Shown piece after piece: positions 17,633 through 29,500 of a stretch of DNA of 64,000 nt (positions are counted from its first letter, which is position 1; each line of letters starts with the position of its first letter). The stretch lies in the IMG/VR virus record IMGVR_UViG_3300045743_000142; one strand, given 5' to 3'. This stretch comes from an uncultured virus (IMG/VR IMGVR_UViG_3300045743_000142). Taxonomy: Duplodnaviria; Heunggongvirae; Uroviricota; Caudoviricetes; Schitoviridae. A program made the translations under genes and the position numbers. Under the pieces are notes generated by a model. The model was given only the letters and a program-made list of their open reading frames with translations, was not told the origin of the DNA and ran no database searches.

Positions 17633-19318
17633 ATGACCGCTCTCAGCAACGCTGATCTGACCACTGCCAACCCGGCTGGTCCGGGTGTCTTTGACACTTT
17701 GATGAGGGCCGTCAAAGGCCATTTGGACGAGGAGTTCAAACGAGGTGCCATCAAAGGCCCAGAGTACGCTACGGTGTACCTGGGCGCTTTGGATTTGGCG
17801 ATGCAGACAGGTATGTCCTACCTTCTCCAACGAGAGAAGGTAGGCCTCGAAGTTAGCATCCTTGAGAAGCAACTTCTGCTGGCTCAGGTTTCGGTAGACA
17901 AGGCCGCTATCGAGCTCGCCATGCTGACGGCAAGCCAAGCCAAGATACCTGCAGAGATCGCTCAGCTCGCAGCTCAGACGGAGTTGATCGGGCAGCAGAA
18001 GGTGAACCTGACTGCTGAGGCTTCGAACATCCCGAAGCAAGGGCAGTTGCTGGATGCTCAGGTGTCGGTGGCACAGAAGCAAGTCGACATCGCTGTGGCT
18101 GAAGTGGGTATCGCCCAAGCCAAGCTGGTCAACATCCCCAAAGAAGGGGCGCAGATCGATGCACAGACTGGCCTGGTCACGCAACAGACCACCAACCTGG
18201 TCGCAGAAAAGCTGTTGACGGACAGCAAGGTTTCCCAGACCACCCAGCAAACGGCGAACTTGGTAGCCGAGGCAGCCAACATACCGAAGCAGGGTGACGT
18301 ACTGGTGGCTCAGGCTGCCCAAGTCACGCAACAAACAGCCAACCTGGTTTCCGAGAAGGCTGGGGTGGAAGCCAAGACCACATTGACGGGGCAGCAAACC
18401 ACCAACCTGTCGGCTGAAGCAGCCAACATCACAAAGCAAGGTGATGTGCTCGTGGCTCAGAAGCTGCAAGTGACGCAGCAGACTGCCAACTTGGCTTCCG
18501 AGAAGCTGGGTGTCGAAGCCAAGACCGCGTTGACTGGTCAACAGGTGACCAACTTGGTTGCGGAAGCATTCAACATCCCCAAGCAGGGCGATGTGCTGGT
18601 TGCTCAGAAGAACCAAGTCACCCAGCAGACCGCGAACCTGCTTGCTGAAGCAGACAACATCCCCAAACAAGGGAGTGTCCTGACTGCCCAAGCGGGTCAG
18701 ATCACTCAACAGACGGCAAACCTGTTGTCGGAGAAGGCTGGTATCGAGTCCAAGACGGCCTTGTCTACCCAGCAGACGACCAACCTCGTTGCAGAGGCTC
18801 TGAACATCCCCAAACAAGGCTCCGTGCTAGATGCACAGTCGTTACTGGTGGGCCAACAGAAACTCAACTTGATCTCCGAGAACCTGGGCATCGTTTCGAA
18901 GACGGCGATGACCGATCAGCAGACGCTGAACGCGATCAAGGAGAACTTGGTACTCGTGGCTCAGGAATGCAAGCTCCGGGCTGAGTACGACCTCACGGTC
19001 TCTACCACTGCGAAGTCGGCAGCTGAGATCGCTCTCCTGGGCCAGAAGACTGCCACTGAGAAAGCTCAGATCCTGGCCTCCGGTGTCGACGACAACAGCG
19101 TCGTGGGCAAACAGAAGCTGCTGTACTCCGCCCAAACCAGTGGCTTCACCCGAGATGCTGAACAGAAGGCTGCGAAGCTCCTGGTGGATACGTGGAGTGT
19201 TCGTCGTACCACTGATGAAGCCACCGTTGCTACAGACTCTGGTGCAACGCCCAACTTTCTGGGTGACGCTTCTATTGGTCGCGCCATCACCAAACTCCTG
19301 TCTGGTGTCGGTGCGTAG
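17633..19318 (+). CDS. N4 gp54-like virion protein with expanded repeats
   Basis: [24 protein letters not shown]-terminus, [22 protein letters not shown]-terminus; central QQTxNL repeats. Confidence 0.75.
   Translation: MTALSNADLTTANPAGPGVFDTLMRAVKGHLDEEFKRGAIKGPEYATVYLGALDLAMQTGMSYLLQREKVGLEVSILEKQLLLAQVSVDKAAIELAMLTASQAKIPAEIAQLAAQTELIGQQKVNLTAEASNIPKQGQLLDAQVSVAQKQVDIAVAEVGIAQAKLVNIPKEGAQIDAQTGLVTQQTTNLVAEKLLTDSKVSQTTQQTANLVAEAANIPKQGDVLVAQAAQVTQQTANLVSEKAGVEAKTTLTGQQTTNLSAEAANITKQGDVLVAQKLQVTQQTANLASEKLGVEAKTALTGQQVTNLVAEAFNIPKQGDVLVAQKNQVTQQTANLLAEADNIPKQGSVLTAQAGQITQQTANLLSEKAGIESKTALSTQQTTNLVAEALNIPKQGSVLDAQSLLVGQQKLNLISENLGIVSKTAMTDQQTLNAIKENLVLVAQECKLRAEYDLTVSTTAKSAAEIALLGQKTATEKAQILASGVDDNSVVGKQKLLYSAQTSGFTRDAEQKAAKLLVDTWSVRRTTDEATVATDSGATPNFLGDASIGRAITKLLSGVGA
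18182..18920 (+). repeat. intragenic tandem 21-aa and 28-aa repeats
   Basis: About ten units beginning QQTxNL; boundaries approximate. Confidence 0.85.
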
Positions 19319-19340
19319 TTTGGACAACTACTGCATCTTG

Positions 19341-19363
19341 GGGGACTTCGGTCCCCTTTTTTT
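19341..19363 (+). terminator. intrinsic terminator
   Basis: GGGGAC-TTCG-GTCCCC followed by a T-tract. Confidence 0.9.
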
Positions 19364-19382
19364 CTTCACGCTGGATTGAGCC

Positions 19383-21554
19383 ATGGCAAGCCGAACTTCA
19401 GTAGGAACTTCAATTTCTCGGGTGGTTCCTGACAACCACCTACCCAAGTCCGTCACAACTGGTGTCACTAAGGCCTTGTTCCAAGATGGTGAGATCACGG
19501 ACTACGTTTTGGAAGAGATCGTCGCCGGCGTCGGAGTCAAGGCTGAGCGGATGTACGCCTACGGACGGGATACCTACACCTATGGGTTGCCTTCTGGCCA
19601 GTTCCTGACCGCAGCAGAAGACATTTACACCGCGGTGACGACGGTCCTGGTTTCCATTGAGAACGCATCGGTGCAGCTGGACTACCTCCGGCATGGCCCC
19701 GTGAACAGCATCCACATAGGCTGGATGGCGCTGATGGCATCGCATGGCTATGACCCCAGCACGAACGTCTTGGGTGTCCTTACAGCGGCCAAAGGGACTC
19801 CGGTGTACCTCAACGACATGGTGCTCGTGGTTCCGTCCTCGATTCTTGATTCCCTTGAGCCTCAGTCGCTGGAGCAGTGGGGCATTGCAGCCCGGGCTGG
19901 CGTCACTCCTGAACGGCAGGAAGGTACGGCAGCTACCCGGGCGATGGTGACACCCACAGACATCGAAAAGAGCCTGATAGCTACCCAGGAGTTCCTTCGG
20001 GTGGAGTACGTTTGGGTGTCTGCGACAGGTGTGCAGAAAGACGTGTTCACCATCCCCGTGACCGGGTACGACAACCGAGCGGAATACTTCCAAGCACGGT
20101 ACACAGTCGGTACAACGAGCAAGTATTGGATATATCGCAGCAATGCAGGTACATATTCAACGCTCGACAGGATGTTTGACCATACCCCTGTATCAGGTGG
20201 AACTTTCTTTCCGTTCGCGTACTTCCGATTCGAAAAACACTCGGAGATTGCAGACAAAACCACCCAGTCATACAAGACCAGCAAGAAACTGGTGAGCTAC
20301 TTGGGTATTGACTACGACAAGTTGGCCGCCTCTATCGATTCGAATCCAGGTATCACTGACGTAGAGCAAGCTATCTTGATGATGGCTGTGCCTGCAAACA
20401 CCACAAACATGCTTGAGCAGCGGTATCTGTGGGAATTTTTCAATCAGTTGTTCTTGTCTAGTAGTACTGCATTCCAGTATCGATCGGAGCAAGCCGCTTA
20501 CCGAAAAGAAGCTCTGGTAGACACCTTAGACCGTCAACAAGCAGGGCTTCAGTCGCCGGGAATCGTGATTCAAGACCAACGCTTCAAGATGACTCTGGAT
20601 AACGCAGGGATCTACAAGAAGCGTGTAGCTGGGAGTATTGGAGCCACAGGCACCTACTCCAGTGAGCTATCTGCAGGGTCTCACTACTATCGTCGACAAA
20701 TCAGCCCGGGTTTCTACGATGAAATCCAGGTGGTTGGCATGCGTAGCATGTTTCACATACTGGGTGAGTATTCAACAATAGCTCAGGATGATCAAACCTA
20801 CTTGATCGTGCCCATTGACAAGAGCATCACCCATAGTTTCTCGGTACCGGACCGTGAAACTCTGTATACCCGGTCACTACAGCTGGTTTTCAACAGTTTG
20901 GTAGTTACTCAGGTCAAGTGGTATGAGACCGGCTTGTTCAAGGTAGTACTCATTGTCGTGGCCATCGTTGCCATGGTGCTTTCCTACGGCCAGGTTGGAT
21001 ATCAAGTGGCTGGTTTGATTGCAGCAGGTTCATACGCTGCTGCAGCTACCATAGTTCTCACCCTGATTGTTGAGGCACTCATCATCCGAGCAGTATTCAA
21101 GCTGTTTGTGAAGGCTGTCGGGATCAAGCTGGCTTTCATTGTTGCGGTGATAGCAGCTTGTGTGGGTATTGCTGACCTGGCGAGTGATGGATCTCTGGTT
21201 GGTACTCCGTTTGCCCAGAATCTCCTCACTGTTTCGTCAGGCTTGACAACGGCTGTCAGTTACCAAACCAAAGAAGATTTTCAGGACCTCCTCAAAGAGG
21301 CATCACTGTTTCAAACGTCTTCTAAGAAGGAGCTGGATGCACTGGACGCAGCCAAGAAGCTGCTCGACAACCAGAGTGTATTGAGTCCCTTGGTGATATT
21401 CGGGGAGAAACCGGATGCCTACTACAATCGGACGGTGCACTCCGGTAACATCGGAATAGTTGGAATCAACGCGGTATCTAGTTTTGTGGACCGCGCTCTT
21501 ACCCTACCCACATTGAATGACACGCTGAGAAGGAACGAATATGCCTCCTTTTAA
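19383..21554 (+). CDS. N4 gp53-like virion protein
   Basis: 723 aa, VKWYETG followed by hydrophobic helices; synteny. Confidence 0.7.
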   Translation: MASRTSVGTSISRVVPDNHLPKSVTTGVTKALFQDGEITDYVLEEIVAGVGVKAERMYAYGRDTYTYGLPSGQFLTAAEDIYTAVTTVLVSIENASVQLDYLRHGPVNSIHIGWMALMASHGYDPSTNVLGVLTAAKGTPVYLNDMVLVVPSSILDSLEPQSLEQWGIAARAGVTPERQEGTAATRAMVTPTDIEKSLIATQEFLRVEYVWVSATGVQKDVFTIPVTGYDNRAEYFQARYTVGTTSKYWIYRSNAGTYSTLDRMFDHTPVSGGTFFPFAYFRFEKHSEIADKTTQSYKTSKKLVSYLGIDYDKLAASIDSNPGITDVEQAILMMAVPANTTNMLEQRYLWEFFNQLFLSSSTAFQYRSEQAAYRKEALVDTLDRQQAGLQSPGIVIQDQRFKMTLDNAGIYKKRVAGSIGATGTYSSELSAGSHYYRRQISPGFYDEIQVVGMRSMFHILGEYSTIAQDDQTYLIVPIDKSITHSFSVPDRETLYTRSLQLVFNSLVVTQVKWYETGLFKVVLIVVAIVAMVLSYGQVGYQVAGLIAAGSYAAAATIVLTLIVEALIIRAVFKLFVKAVGIKLAFIVAVIAACVGIADLASDGSLVGTPFAQNLLTVSSGLTTAVSYQTKEDFQDLLKEASLFQTSSKKELDALDAAKKLLDNQSVLSPLVIFGEKPDAYYNRTVHSGNIGIVGINAVSSFVDRALTLPTLNDTLRRNEYASF

Positions 21555-22053
21555 CCCTCAAGGGTTTGGTAGTACCTGGGGTACTCAAAATACTGGGTAC
21601 AACCTACCTAGCTTCGATTGGAATAATCCAAGTACAGCTGGTAGTTTGCCTATGATGGGCAATGCTCCTTCTCCTGGGGCAATGGTTCCCCAGTCACCCA
21701 CTTTGGGTAGTGCTCTAGAAGCACCTGGCTTGCTTGATCGCTTGTCAGGTAGTTTTTGGAACAAACAAAGTATTGGAGAAAAAGGAGCTGTAACCGCTGA
21801 TCAGGGTTGGGGTATGCCTGCGCTAGGTGCGGTTCAAGGCATGTTCAATGGCTACTTGGGTATGAAGCAATACGGTATTGCCAAAGACCAACTGGCTTCG
21901 AGCAAGCAGCAGTTTGGCTTGAACTACGACGCTCAGCGAACCACGACCAACGCCCAGCTCCAGGATCGTCAAGCAGCTCGCGTGGCTTCGAACCCGGGTG
22001 CCTACCAGTCAGCGGGTGACTACATGACTACCAACAGCATCAAGCCGCGCTAA
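21541..22053 (+). CDS. N4 gp52-like internal virion protein
   Basis: GYLGMKQYGIAKDQL..QFGLNYDAQRTTTNAQLQDRQAARVAS. Confidence 0.75.
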   Translation: MPPFNPQGFGSTWGTQNTGYNLPSFDWNNPSTAGSLPMMGNAPSPGAMVPQSPTLGSALEAPGLLDRLSGSFWNKQSIGEKGAVTADQGWGMPALGAVQGMFNGYLGMKQYGIAKDQLASSKQQFGLNYDAQRTTTNAQLQDRQAARVASNPGAYQSAGDYMTTNSIKPR

Positions 22054-22055
22054 TC

Positions 22056-23501
22056 ATGGGTGCTCCTATCACATGGCAGAACGTCGGTGCAGCTAATCCA
22101 GGGTCTGCTGCACCGATCATCCAGGGCGCTGTTCAAACGACGAACGGTGCTTTCGACATTTTCAGCAAGCTGCTCCAGCAGAGCCAGGCCAACGACCAGG
22201 CCAACTTTGCCGCGGGAAATGACGCGAACAAGCAGGCTTATCTTGACAAGCTGAACACGGCCAAGACGCCTGAAGAAATCGCAGCCCTTCATGCTTCCGG
22301 TCAGCTCGATGCGATGCGTCAAGGTTTGACGGCTACAGCCCGTGGTGAAACCCGTGGGGCTGACGAAGCTCGAACTACCGCTGTACAGCAGCACATCTTG
22401 ACCACCAACAAGTTCAACGATGACACTCGTTTGAACACCGAGCAACCGTTCTTCGACAAGGCCAAGGCAATGATCATTGCCAAGGATCCTGGAGCGATGG
22501 ACTACGTGGCCAGTGCTCCTATCCGAGACAAGTCGGCCTTGATGGATCTGCTCCACACCACAAGTCGCCGGTCCTTGGAAGAAGGCCAGCAAGACGCATT
22601 GCGTCCTCTGACTCTGGAAGCAGCCAAGCGCACGGACAAGATTGGTGCTCTTGACCTGACGGAAAAGCAACGGGCTCTCACAGAATCTGAGCGCCAACGT
22701 CAGCTGGACCTCACGGCTACGGACTTCATCAGCAACCACCAAGGTACCGCACAGGCCATTCGACAGGGTATTGATTCGGGAATCGCCAACTTCCCTGGTG
22801 TGGCTCAGCTTCCCAGAAACAGTGATGGGCAGGTAGCTTTCGAACGGCTGCCGACCCCTATCACCAAAGCCTTGAACGAGCACCTGAACAAACAGGGATT
22901 GCCTACCATCGATGCACTGGGTGGGGATACTGCAGCGCTGACCAACGCTCGAGCCAAGCTGGTTGCTGCTGGTGCCAGGCCGGCTGACATGCAACGACTG
23001 GAACCTTACTTGGCTGGTGCCCTCAACACGGCCAGCCCTGCTCCGATCGGTCGTGAAGCTGAGACTGCTCAACGCACTTTGCGTGGTTTGCAGGCTGAAG
23101 AAGGCGCTGTCAACGACCAGTTTGGTACGGTATCTGCACAGGGCAACAAGGCTGACTTGTTGAAATCTGTGACTGATACGGTCGACAGTTTGCGAACCGG
23201 TGTTCTTGGTAGCAAAGAGCGGTATACCCGAGGTGTAGCCAAATGGCTTGATGGTGGTGGTATTCCTGTGCTAGATCCCAAGGGAAATCCGACAGGTGAA
23301 CGTGTGCTCCCGAGTCCTGCCCAACTCAACCTGGTAATCAACAAACTCAACACCGGCAACTTATGGAACCGAGAATCTGACATTCCCGATTTGATTAACG
23401 AGTGGGCCAAGAGCGCAGAAGCTCAAGAAGGTGCGAGAAAAGTCATCGCCATTCGAGATCGAAACCGATTGTTAGGTATCGACCCTCTGGGCAAAAAGTA
23501 A
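22056..23501 (+). CDS. N4 gp51-like internal virion protein
   Basis: N-terminal PITWQNV; directly upstream of the vRNAP. Confidence 0.65.
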   Translation: MGAPITWQNVGAANPGSAAPIIQGAVQTTNGAFDIFSKLLQQSQANDQANFAAGNDANKQAYLDKLNTAKTPEEIAALHASGQLDAMRQGLTATARGETRGADEARTTAVQQHILTTNKFNDDTRLNTEQPFFDKAKAMIIAKDPGAMDYVASAPIRDKSALMDLLHTTSRRSLEEGQQDALRPLTLEAAKRTDKIGALDLTEKQRALTESERQRQLDLTATDFISNHQGTAQAIRQGIDSGIANFPGVAQLPRNSDGQVAFERLPTPITKALNEHLNKQGLPTIDALGGDTAALTNARAKLVAAGARPADMQRLEPYLAGALNTASPAPIGREAETAQRTLRGLQAEEGAVNDQFGTVSAQGNKADLLKSVTDTVDSLRTGVLGSKERYTRGVAKWLDGGGIPVLDPKGNPTGERVLPSPAQLNLVINKLNTGNLWNRESDIPDLINEWAKSAEAQEGARKVIAIRDRNRLLGIDPLGKK

Positions 23502-23518
23502 CTCTTCGCAAGGTACTT

Positions 23519-23542
23519 GAAAAGGGGCTTCGGCCCCTTTTC
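23519..23542 (+). terminator. terminator-like hairpin before vRNAP
   Basis: GAAAAGGGGC-TTCG-GCCCCTTTTC. Confidence 0.8.
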
Positions 23543-23582
23543 TCGTTAGATACTAGAATCTCGGAAACTCCACGAGATACCC

Positions 23583-26500
23583 ATGCCTGAGTTTGACGCT
23601 ACCGAATACTTCAACCAACGCGCCCAAGCCCTGCATGTTGCAGATCTTGCGAACCCTCTGAATGACCGCCTGGCTGAACTGGCCAAGGTATCCGAGGCAA
23701 AGCAGAAGTATCTCGCTGGCCGGGTGGCTGTGGTCAAAGCCCGTGACTTGGCGAACCAATCTTCCCTGGTCAACCAGCTGGGACTCGAGCCTGACAGCAT
23801 CACAGGTCGAGCTGTCAACCTGGGTGCGAGCGTCTACTCAGGTGCTTCTCGTGTAGCCGGTGACATCACTGGTTTCCTGGCAGGTGACCTCGAAGCTATC
23901 GCTATCGATGCGAATCTCTCCAACGAGCAAATCGCTGCGATCGGTCGGGTCAAGCAGGGCAAAGCCAGCCCAGAAGACACGGCTTTGGTCAGTGCTCGCA
24001 AGCAACCTGGTTCGTACTCTCCTCTGGAGATGTTCGACAAAGCTGCAGAAGCACGTACTCGGTCTGCGAATATCGATGGTGCGTTTGATCGTCATGACCT
24101 GGTGCACAGCGGTCTTCGTGATGGTCTGAGTGACCAGCTTGGTGAGAACTTCCAGGGTGCCTGGGACCAGACCAAAGCCGGTGCTTCAGACATCTGGGAC
24201 GGCAAGGTCTCTGGTGCCAAGGACCTGGCTACCGGTGTAGCCAAGCTGATCTACAACGCAGGTGAAGCGGCTGTCGACAACCCAGGTGCTGCTGCTGAGT
24301 ACATCGCAGAGAACGCACCTCAGTTGGCCATCGGTGCGCTGGGTAAGGTAGGCCATGCAGCCTTGTTGGTTTCGAACGCAGGGTACGCCTCCGAGAACTA
24401 CCAACAGGGCATTGCCAAGTTCCAGAAGGAAAACGGTGGAGCCTATCCGCCTCCGGAACAGCGCCAAAAGATGGCAGTCATCGCTGCTTCTCTGGCTTTG
24501 GCTGAACACGCATCTGACCTGGGCCAGCTCAAAGCTGCTACCGGTGCTGCCAAGGCGGTAGAAACCGGCGGGAAGATTGGCTTGATCCAGTCAGTCAAGA
24601 ACACAGCCAAAGCTGCTGTGGAAGGTGGTCTCGAAGAGACTGCTACCGAGGGTTATCAGACTTGGGGTGAAGGCTATGTCACTGGCAAGCCTGCATCTGC
24701 TCTCGACATCTACCAGGGTGCAGTGATCGGTGGTATCGCCGGCGCTGGCTTGTCTGGTGGTGCACGAGCTGCCGGTGAGGTCTTGAAGGCCACTCCGGAA
24801 CATGCTGCTGAGCGCCTGGCCGAGCAGACCCGTAACCAGGCTCAGGCCGCGGCAATTGCGTCAGGTGATGTCTCCACCTTGGTGGATTCTGGAAAACCGC
24901 TTTACAGCCCTGCCAGGGCCGTTGCTGCACTGGCTGGCAACAGCGCTCTTCCGGATGTCACCCCTGAAGCCAAGCAAGCCAACCTGGAGAAGGCTGGCGA
25001 GATTGTGGCCGAGCTGCAGAAGCAGCGGGATGAGGTTCAGAACGCCTACGACGTGGTTTCGCCTGAAGGCCAGAAGCAGAACCAGGATCTGCTGGCTTCG
25101 TTGAAGACCAAGCTCGCTGCGGAGACAGACCCTGTCAAGGTCAAGGATCTACAGAAATCGGTGGCTTTGGCTACCGAGCAGGTGGACTCAGCGCCGACGC
25201 CAGAACCCAAGCTGATTGCGGCACGCAAGGCCCAGCTGGAAGAGCTAGACGGGCACCTCAAGGATGCCACCGAGAACCTGGCACGGTTCAGTGAAGGGCT
25301 GGCTGCTAGTACACCGGTGGCTGATGTCGATGCCCACGTGGCCACCTTGAGCACCCCTGTCGACAAGGCAGACCTGGTGGCAGTGGCTGCACGCACCGAC
25401 GCAGCGGACAAGCTGATCAACCTGTCGATGCGGGTTCCTGAGCGCTTGGATACCAAGGTGGCTGACACCCTGGCCAACAACCTCGACAACGGGTTGACCG
25501 AACCGCAGCGGAACTACCTGCGTGAGTTCTCTGCTGCTCGTGTGGCTGAGACCGCGCTCAAAGACATGAGCAAGGTCTCTCAGGAGATCTATGACGGTGG
25601 CAACGGGAATGTGGGCATCGCCGAGCACCGACAGCGGGTGACAGCAGCTTTAGCTGCTGGCAACCAGCAGTTGGCTGATCGGCAGATGTCCGTTCTACAA
25701 AACTTCGAACAGGACCACCGCACCAAAGCGGAAGCAGTCACTGAAGCACAGAGCCAACAACAGAAGACAGGCAAGAACGTCCAAGTTGTTCGAAACCAAG
25801 CCACGAAGTCCTGGGAGATCAACACCGGCAAGCCATTGGATAGGGCTCAAGCCAAGTCCAACGGGGCTGTGACGGTTCACCTGAACACGCCCGACAGCTT
25901 GGTCAAGAGCTTCCAAGTCGAAGCCAAGGCAATCACCGCAGCACTTGCGGAGATGCAAGCCGCATACGCCATCAAATTTCCCGCAAACCAAGGAGCCAGC
26001 AATGTCTCGGTCGTACCGCAAGCACAGTCACCAGCCGCTACGTTGCCCACCGATGCTCAGCAAGCGCCGCAAGTTGTGGGAAGCAGTCAACCGGTCGTCG
26101 AAGCAGGAGTTGCTTCCGTCGCTGTACCTGGAGCCGGAGCAAAGCCAACCGTTGTGGAAGCCGCTGGGGTAGCAGCTTTGCCGGCTGGCCGTCCCGGGGT
26201 CGTCGCGGGTGTCCAGCAGATCAGCATTCCTGCAGTGGTCAAAGCCATGACTGATGCTGAGCTCAACACAGCTTTGGAAGCTGAGATGAGCAAGCCGAGC
26301 TACCAGAAAAATCGTCGCTTCAAGGTGCTTGATGCTGAGATGACTTTGCGTGAAACCTCTGCAGCTCAGTCCGAAGGAACTTCAGTTGACTCTCAGGCGG
26401 CTCCTGCCGCTGGGGTGACTGAGAAGCAGCAAGTCACCGACGCAACTAAGGTCTCCAACCAGTCTACTGAGAGTAGTCAGGCACCGAGTCAACGCGATTC

Positions 26501-29500
26501 CAGTGCACAGGCTGAACAGACCAACTCAAAGGAAGCTGATCGGGCTACGGAAAAAGACTCTCCAGAGTCAGCGGAGCAGACCTCGACTCGTGTTGAAGAG
26601 GACACAGACTCCACAAGTCCCGTTGCAGAGTCTGGAACGCTGTCTGTACTCCAGAACAAGTCACCTGAAGGGACTTCGTACACCCATCGCAATGTGATCG
26701 CTGCTCACTTCACTCAGACCAGCAAGCGCGAAGGTGATGCCACTCAGCGCCCACTGGCTTCAGTGAAGAACTTCCTGAGTGAGAGTTGGGACAACCTCAA
26801 GGAGTTCCTGCAATCTCAGGAATTATCAGACGCTCAATCCAACGCACTGTCGGTTTTCAAGTATGCGGCCTCAAAGTGGACGGAGACCATCCAGAAGAAC
26901 CTATTTCGCAATAAGGATCCAGCTTACTGGGCTGTAGATGACTTGATGCAGTTCTTCATCACGGAGACTGAGCAAGGCAAGCTGAACCTTGAAGAAAACC
27001 TCAAGACCGCCATCAGCTACTCAGCTTTCAGTTGGGTGGCCGAAGCAGCGACACGCCCGAACGCCAACACGGACGAAGAGATCAACTTGATCCTGGGTCG
27101 GGAAGAAGACCATCCGGTGGAAGAGCACGAGCGCCATGCACTTCGCAACGTGGGTACTCGTCAGAACGTGATCGTCAACTCGCTGGGTCAGCGGGCTGTG
27201 CAGGCGCTTGGTTTGAAAGCCAGCAAGGATGCTCCGGCCAACCTGATGCCCAAGCTCGAGAGCGCTGTGGGTGCCCACGTGTTCAAGCTGCTGATGGACC
27301 AGGGGATCCTGGAGCGGAACACGGTGTCAGCAGAGGTCATGGAATCCCTACGAAACGGTATGGATTCTCAGGAACTTGAGCGTATTCAATTGAGAGAAGA
27401 AGGGGACCTTCTTGGTCCAGAAACTAAAAATAATGTCAAGTATCAGTTTCTGAAGCTAGTCCGAGATTCGGAAGGCAAGCTCAGCCCTAAAGCCACAGCA
27501 ATCTACAAAGCCAACAAGGGCACACAGGGTGTGCTGGATAAGCTCTTCTCAGTGGAGTCGGCTATGAAGGAGCCGAGCTTGAAACCGGTTCCGTTCAACC
27601 AAGCTACGACTCGGAACACAAGCCAGGCTGTCCCGAGCAAGCTGGCTGAGATCGTCAAGAAGGAAAACGCTGGTGCCAGCTACGTTCGCCAGGACATGTA
27701 CCACCTGGTTTCGAACCTGGATGAGAACATCGCTCTGCAGATTGCTGGCGGTATCACAGTGGATCCGACTGAGGCTCACTTGGCCAACCGAGCATCCAAT
27801 GAAGCCAAGAACAATGGCCTGTTGCGTGAGCTGCAGAACATCAAAGACTTCATCGGTGGCTTGGTGTCGCAAGATGCTGACCTGGCCATGCCGCTGTACT
27901 TCGAGCACTCGGTGTGGAAGCAGCAGCGTGTGGGTATTGCCACGAACGTGGTCAACCCCCAGACAAGCAAGATCCACCGGCACATGCTATTCCGTCAGTC
28001 CTGGGAAACCAAGGTGTCTCCGAACGACGCAGCCCAGATGGAAAACTTCCGTTTGCGGGTAGCTGAAGGCCTGGGCGTCAAGACCGACAAGCAGAGCAAC
28101 ATGGTCTCACTCGAAGCCTTCACGAAGAAGGTTGCTGACTCGAAGATTCAAGCCGCTGTCGCTGTGTTGCAGAAGAGCTTGGCTGACCAAGAGCTGAGCC
28201 AAGCTGATCAGGAAACTCTGCTTGCTGGTGTCCAGGCTGGTGGCGAGAACATGCACTCGCTGGATGCTCTGATGGGCCTGGCTCATCAAGCCAAGGCCAA
28301 GGGTGGTGAGTTCACCGTCCAGATGATGGGTGAGGTCGATGGTGTGACCAACGGCCCGATGCTGAGCCACCTGCTGATGGGTGCAGCCAACAGCGTCAAG
28401 GAACTGTTTGGTTTGCTGAACCGCGGTGGCTTCTTTGAAGTCGGCAACGAGTACAACCAGTACAACCTGTGGCGTGGTGCACCGGGTCATTTCGATCTGT
28501 ACGAGACCACGGCTGGTCACATGGTTCAAGCTGTTCAGGGCTTGATTGCCAAGGGCATCGCCAAGTCCAAGTACGAACGTAGAATGGCTGGCCCTGTGGT
28601 CGGTCAAGTGACCAACGCCATCTACAGCTTTACTGGAACGCTGGCTGACAAGGACGGCAAGGTCGAGAAGGCTGGTCGGAACATCATCAAGACACCACTG
28701 ACCGCTATGGTCTTTGGTTCCTCGGTGTACGCATCCGTCGAGTCGATGGCCAACAAGTTCGTGGAGTCGATCTACGCCGGTATCGAAGATACGGCCAAAG
28801 GCAAGCCAGGTGCACAGACGAACAAGCAGTTGATCGAGAACATCAACTTGTTGCTGTCTCAGTCTGGTGGGCCTGCCTTGCGTACAAGCATGACTGTCGC
28901 CCAGTTGATGGAGCACGAATTTGCTGGTGAGCAGCTGGACGCTTTAAAAAGGTCCTTCAAGTGCACAGTGGGTGCCGCTGTCGAGTTCACGATGAAGACG
29001 GACTTCGCTCCGTACATTGAGCAACGTCGCCAGTTCAACCTGGCTGCACAGACCGCCTTTGGTATTTATGACGCTGTCTACACGGCGCTCCGTGAGCAAC
29101 TGGTAGCTGAGCTGGTGAAGTCGGGTGAGATCGCTGTCAACGAAACGACGGGCAAGCCTCTCCATGACTTGAACGCAGCTCAGGAAGGTGAGCTTCGCAA
29201 GCGTATGGGCAGCATGGCTCCGGTCATGGATACCCTGATGTCCAAGGAAAGCAAGCAGCCAAAGGCTGGCTTGTACATCTCGAAGTCGGGACGCAAGCTG
29301 AGCACCAACTCAACCTTCGAAGGTGAGGTCCAGTTCGGTACTCACTTCAAGGACAACGGTGCAAAGTCGACGGTAACCCGGGCTTACCAGACAGTGGAAA
29401 CGGCTCCAGGTGTTGCCATGGCTCCGATGGCTGTGCACTCAACTGACAGTGCCATCTCCCACTACGCTGCGCTGCAGGGCGAGGTACTAAACATTCATGA

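Noticed and set aside
17573..18817. 414-aa repetitive minus-strand ORF; repeats considered as a possible CRISPR array or DGR
   Set aside because: Shadow of the gp54-like repeats. Repeats are degenerate at DNA level with no unique spacers, and there is no cas or reverse transcriptase gene
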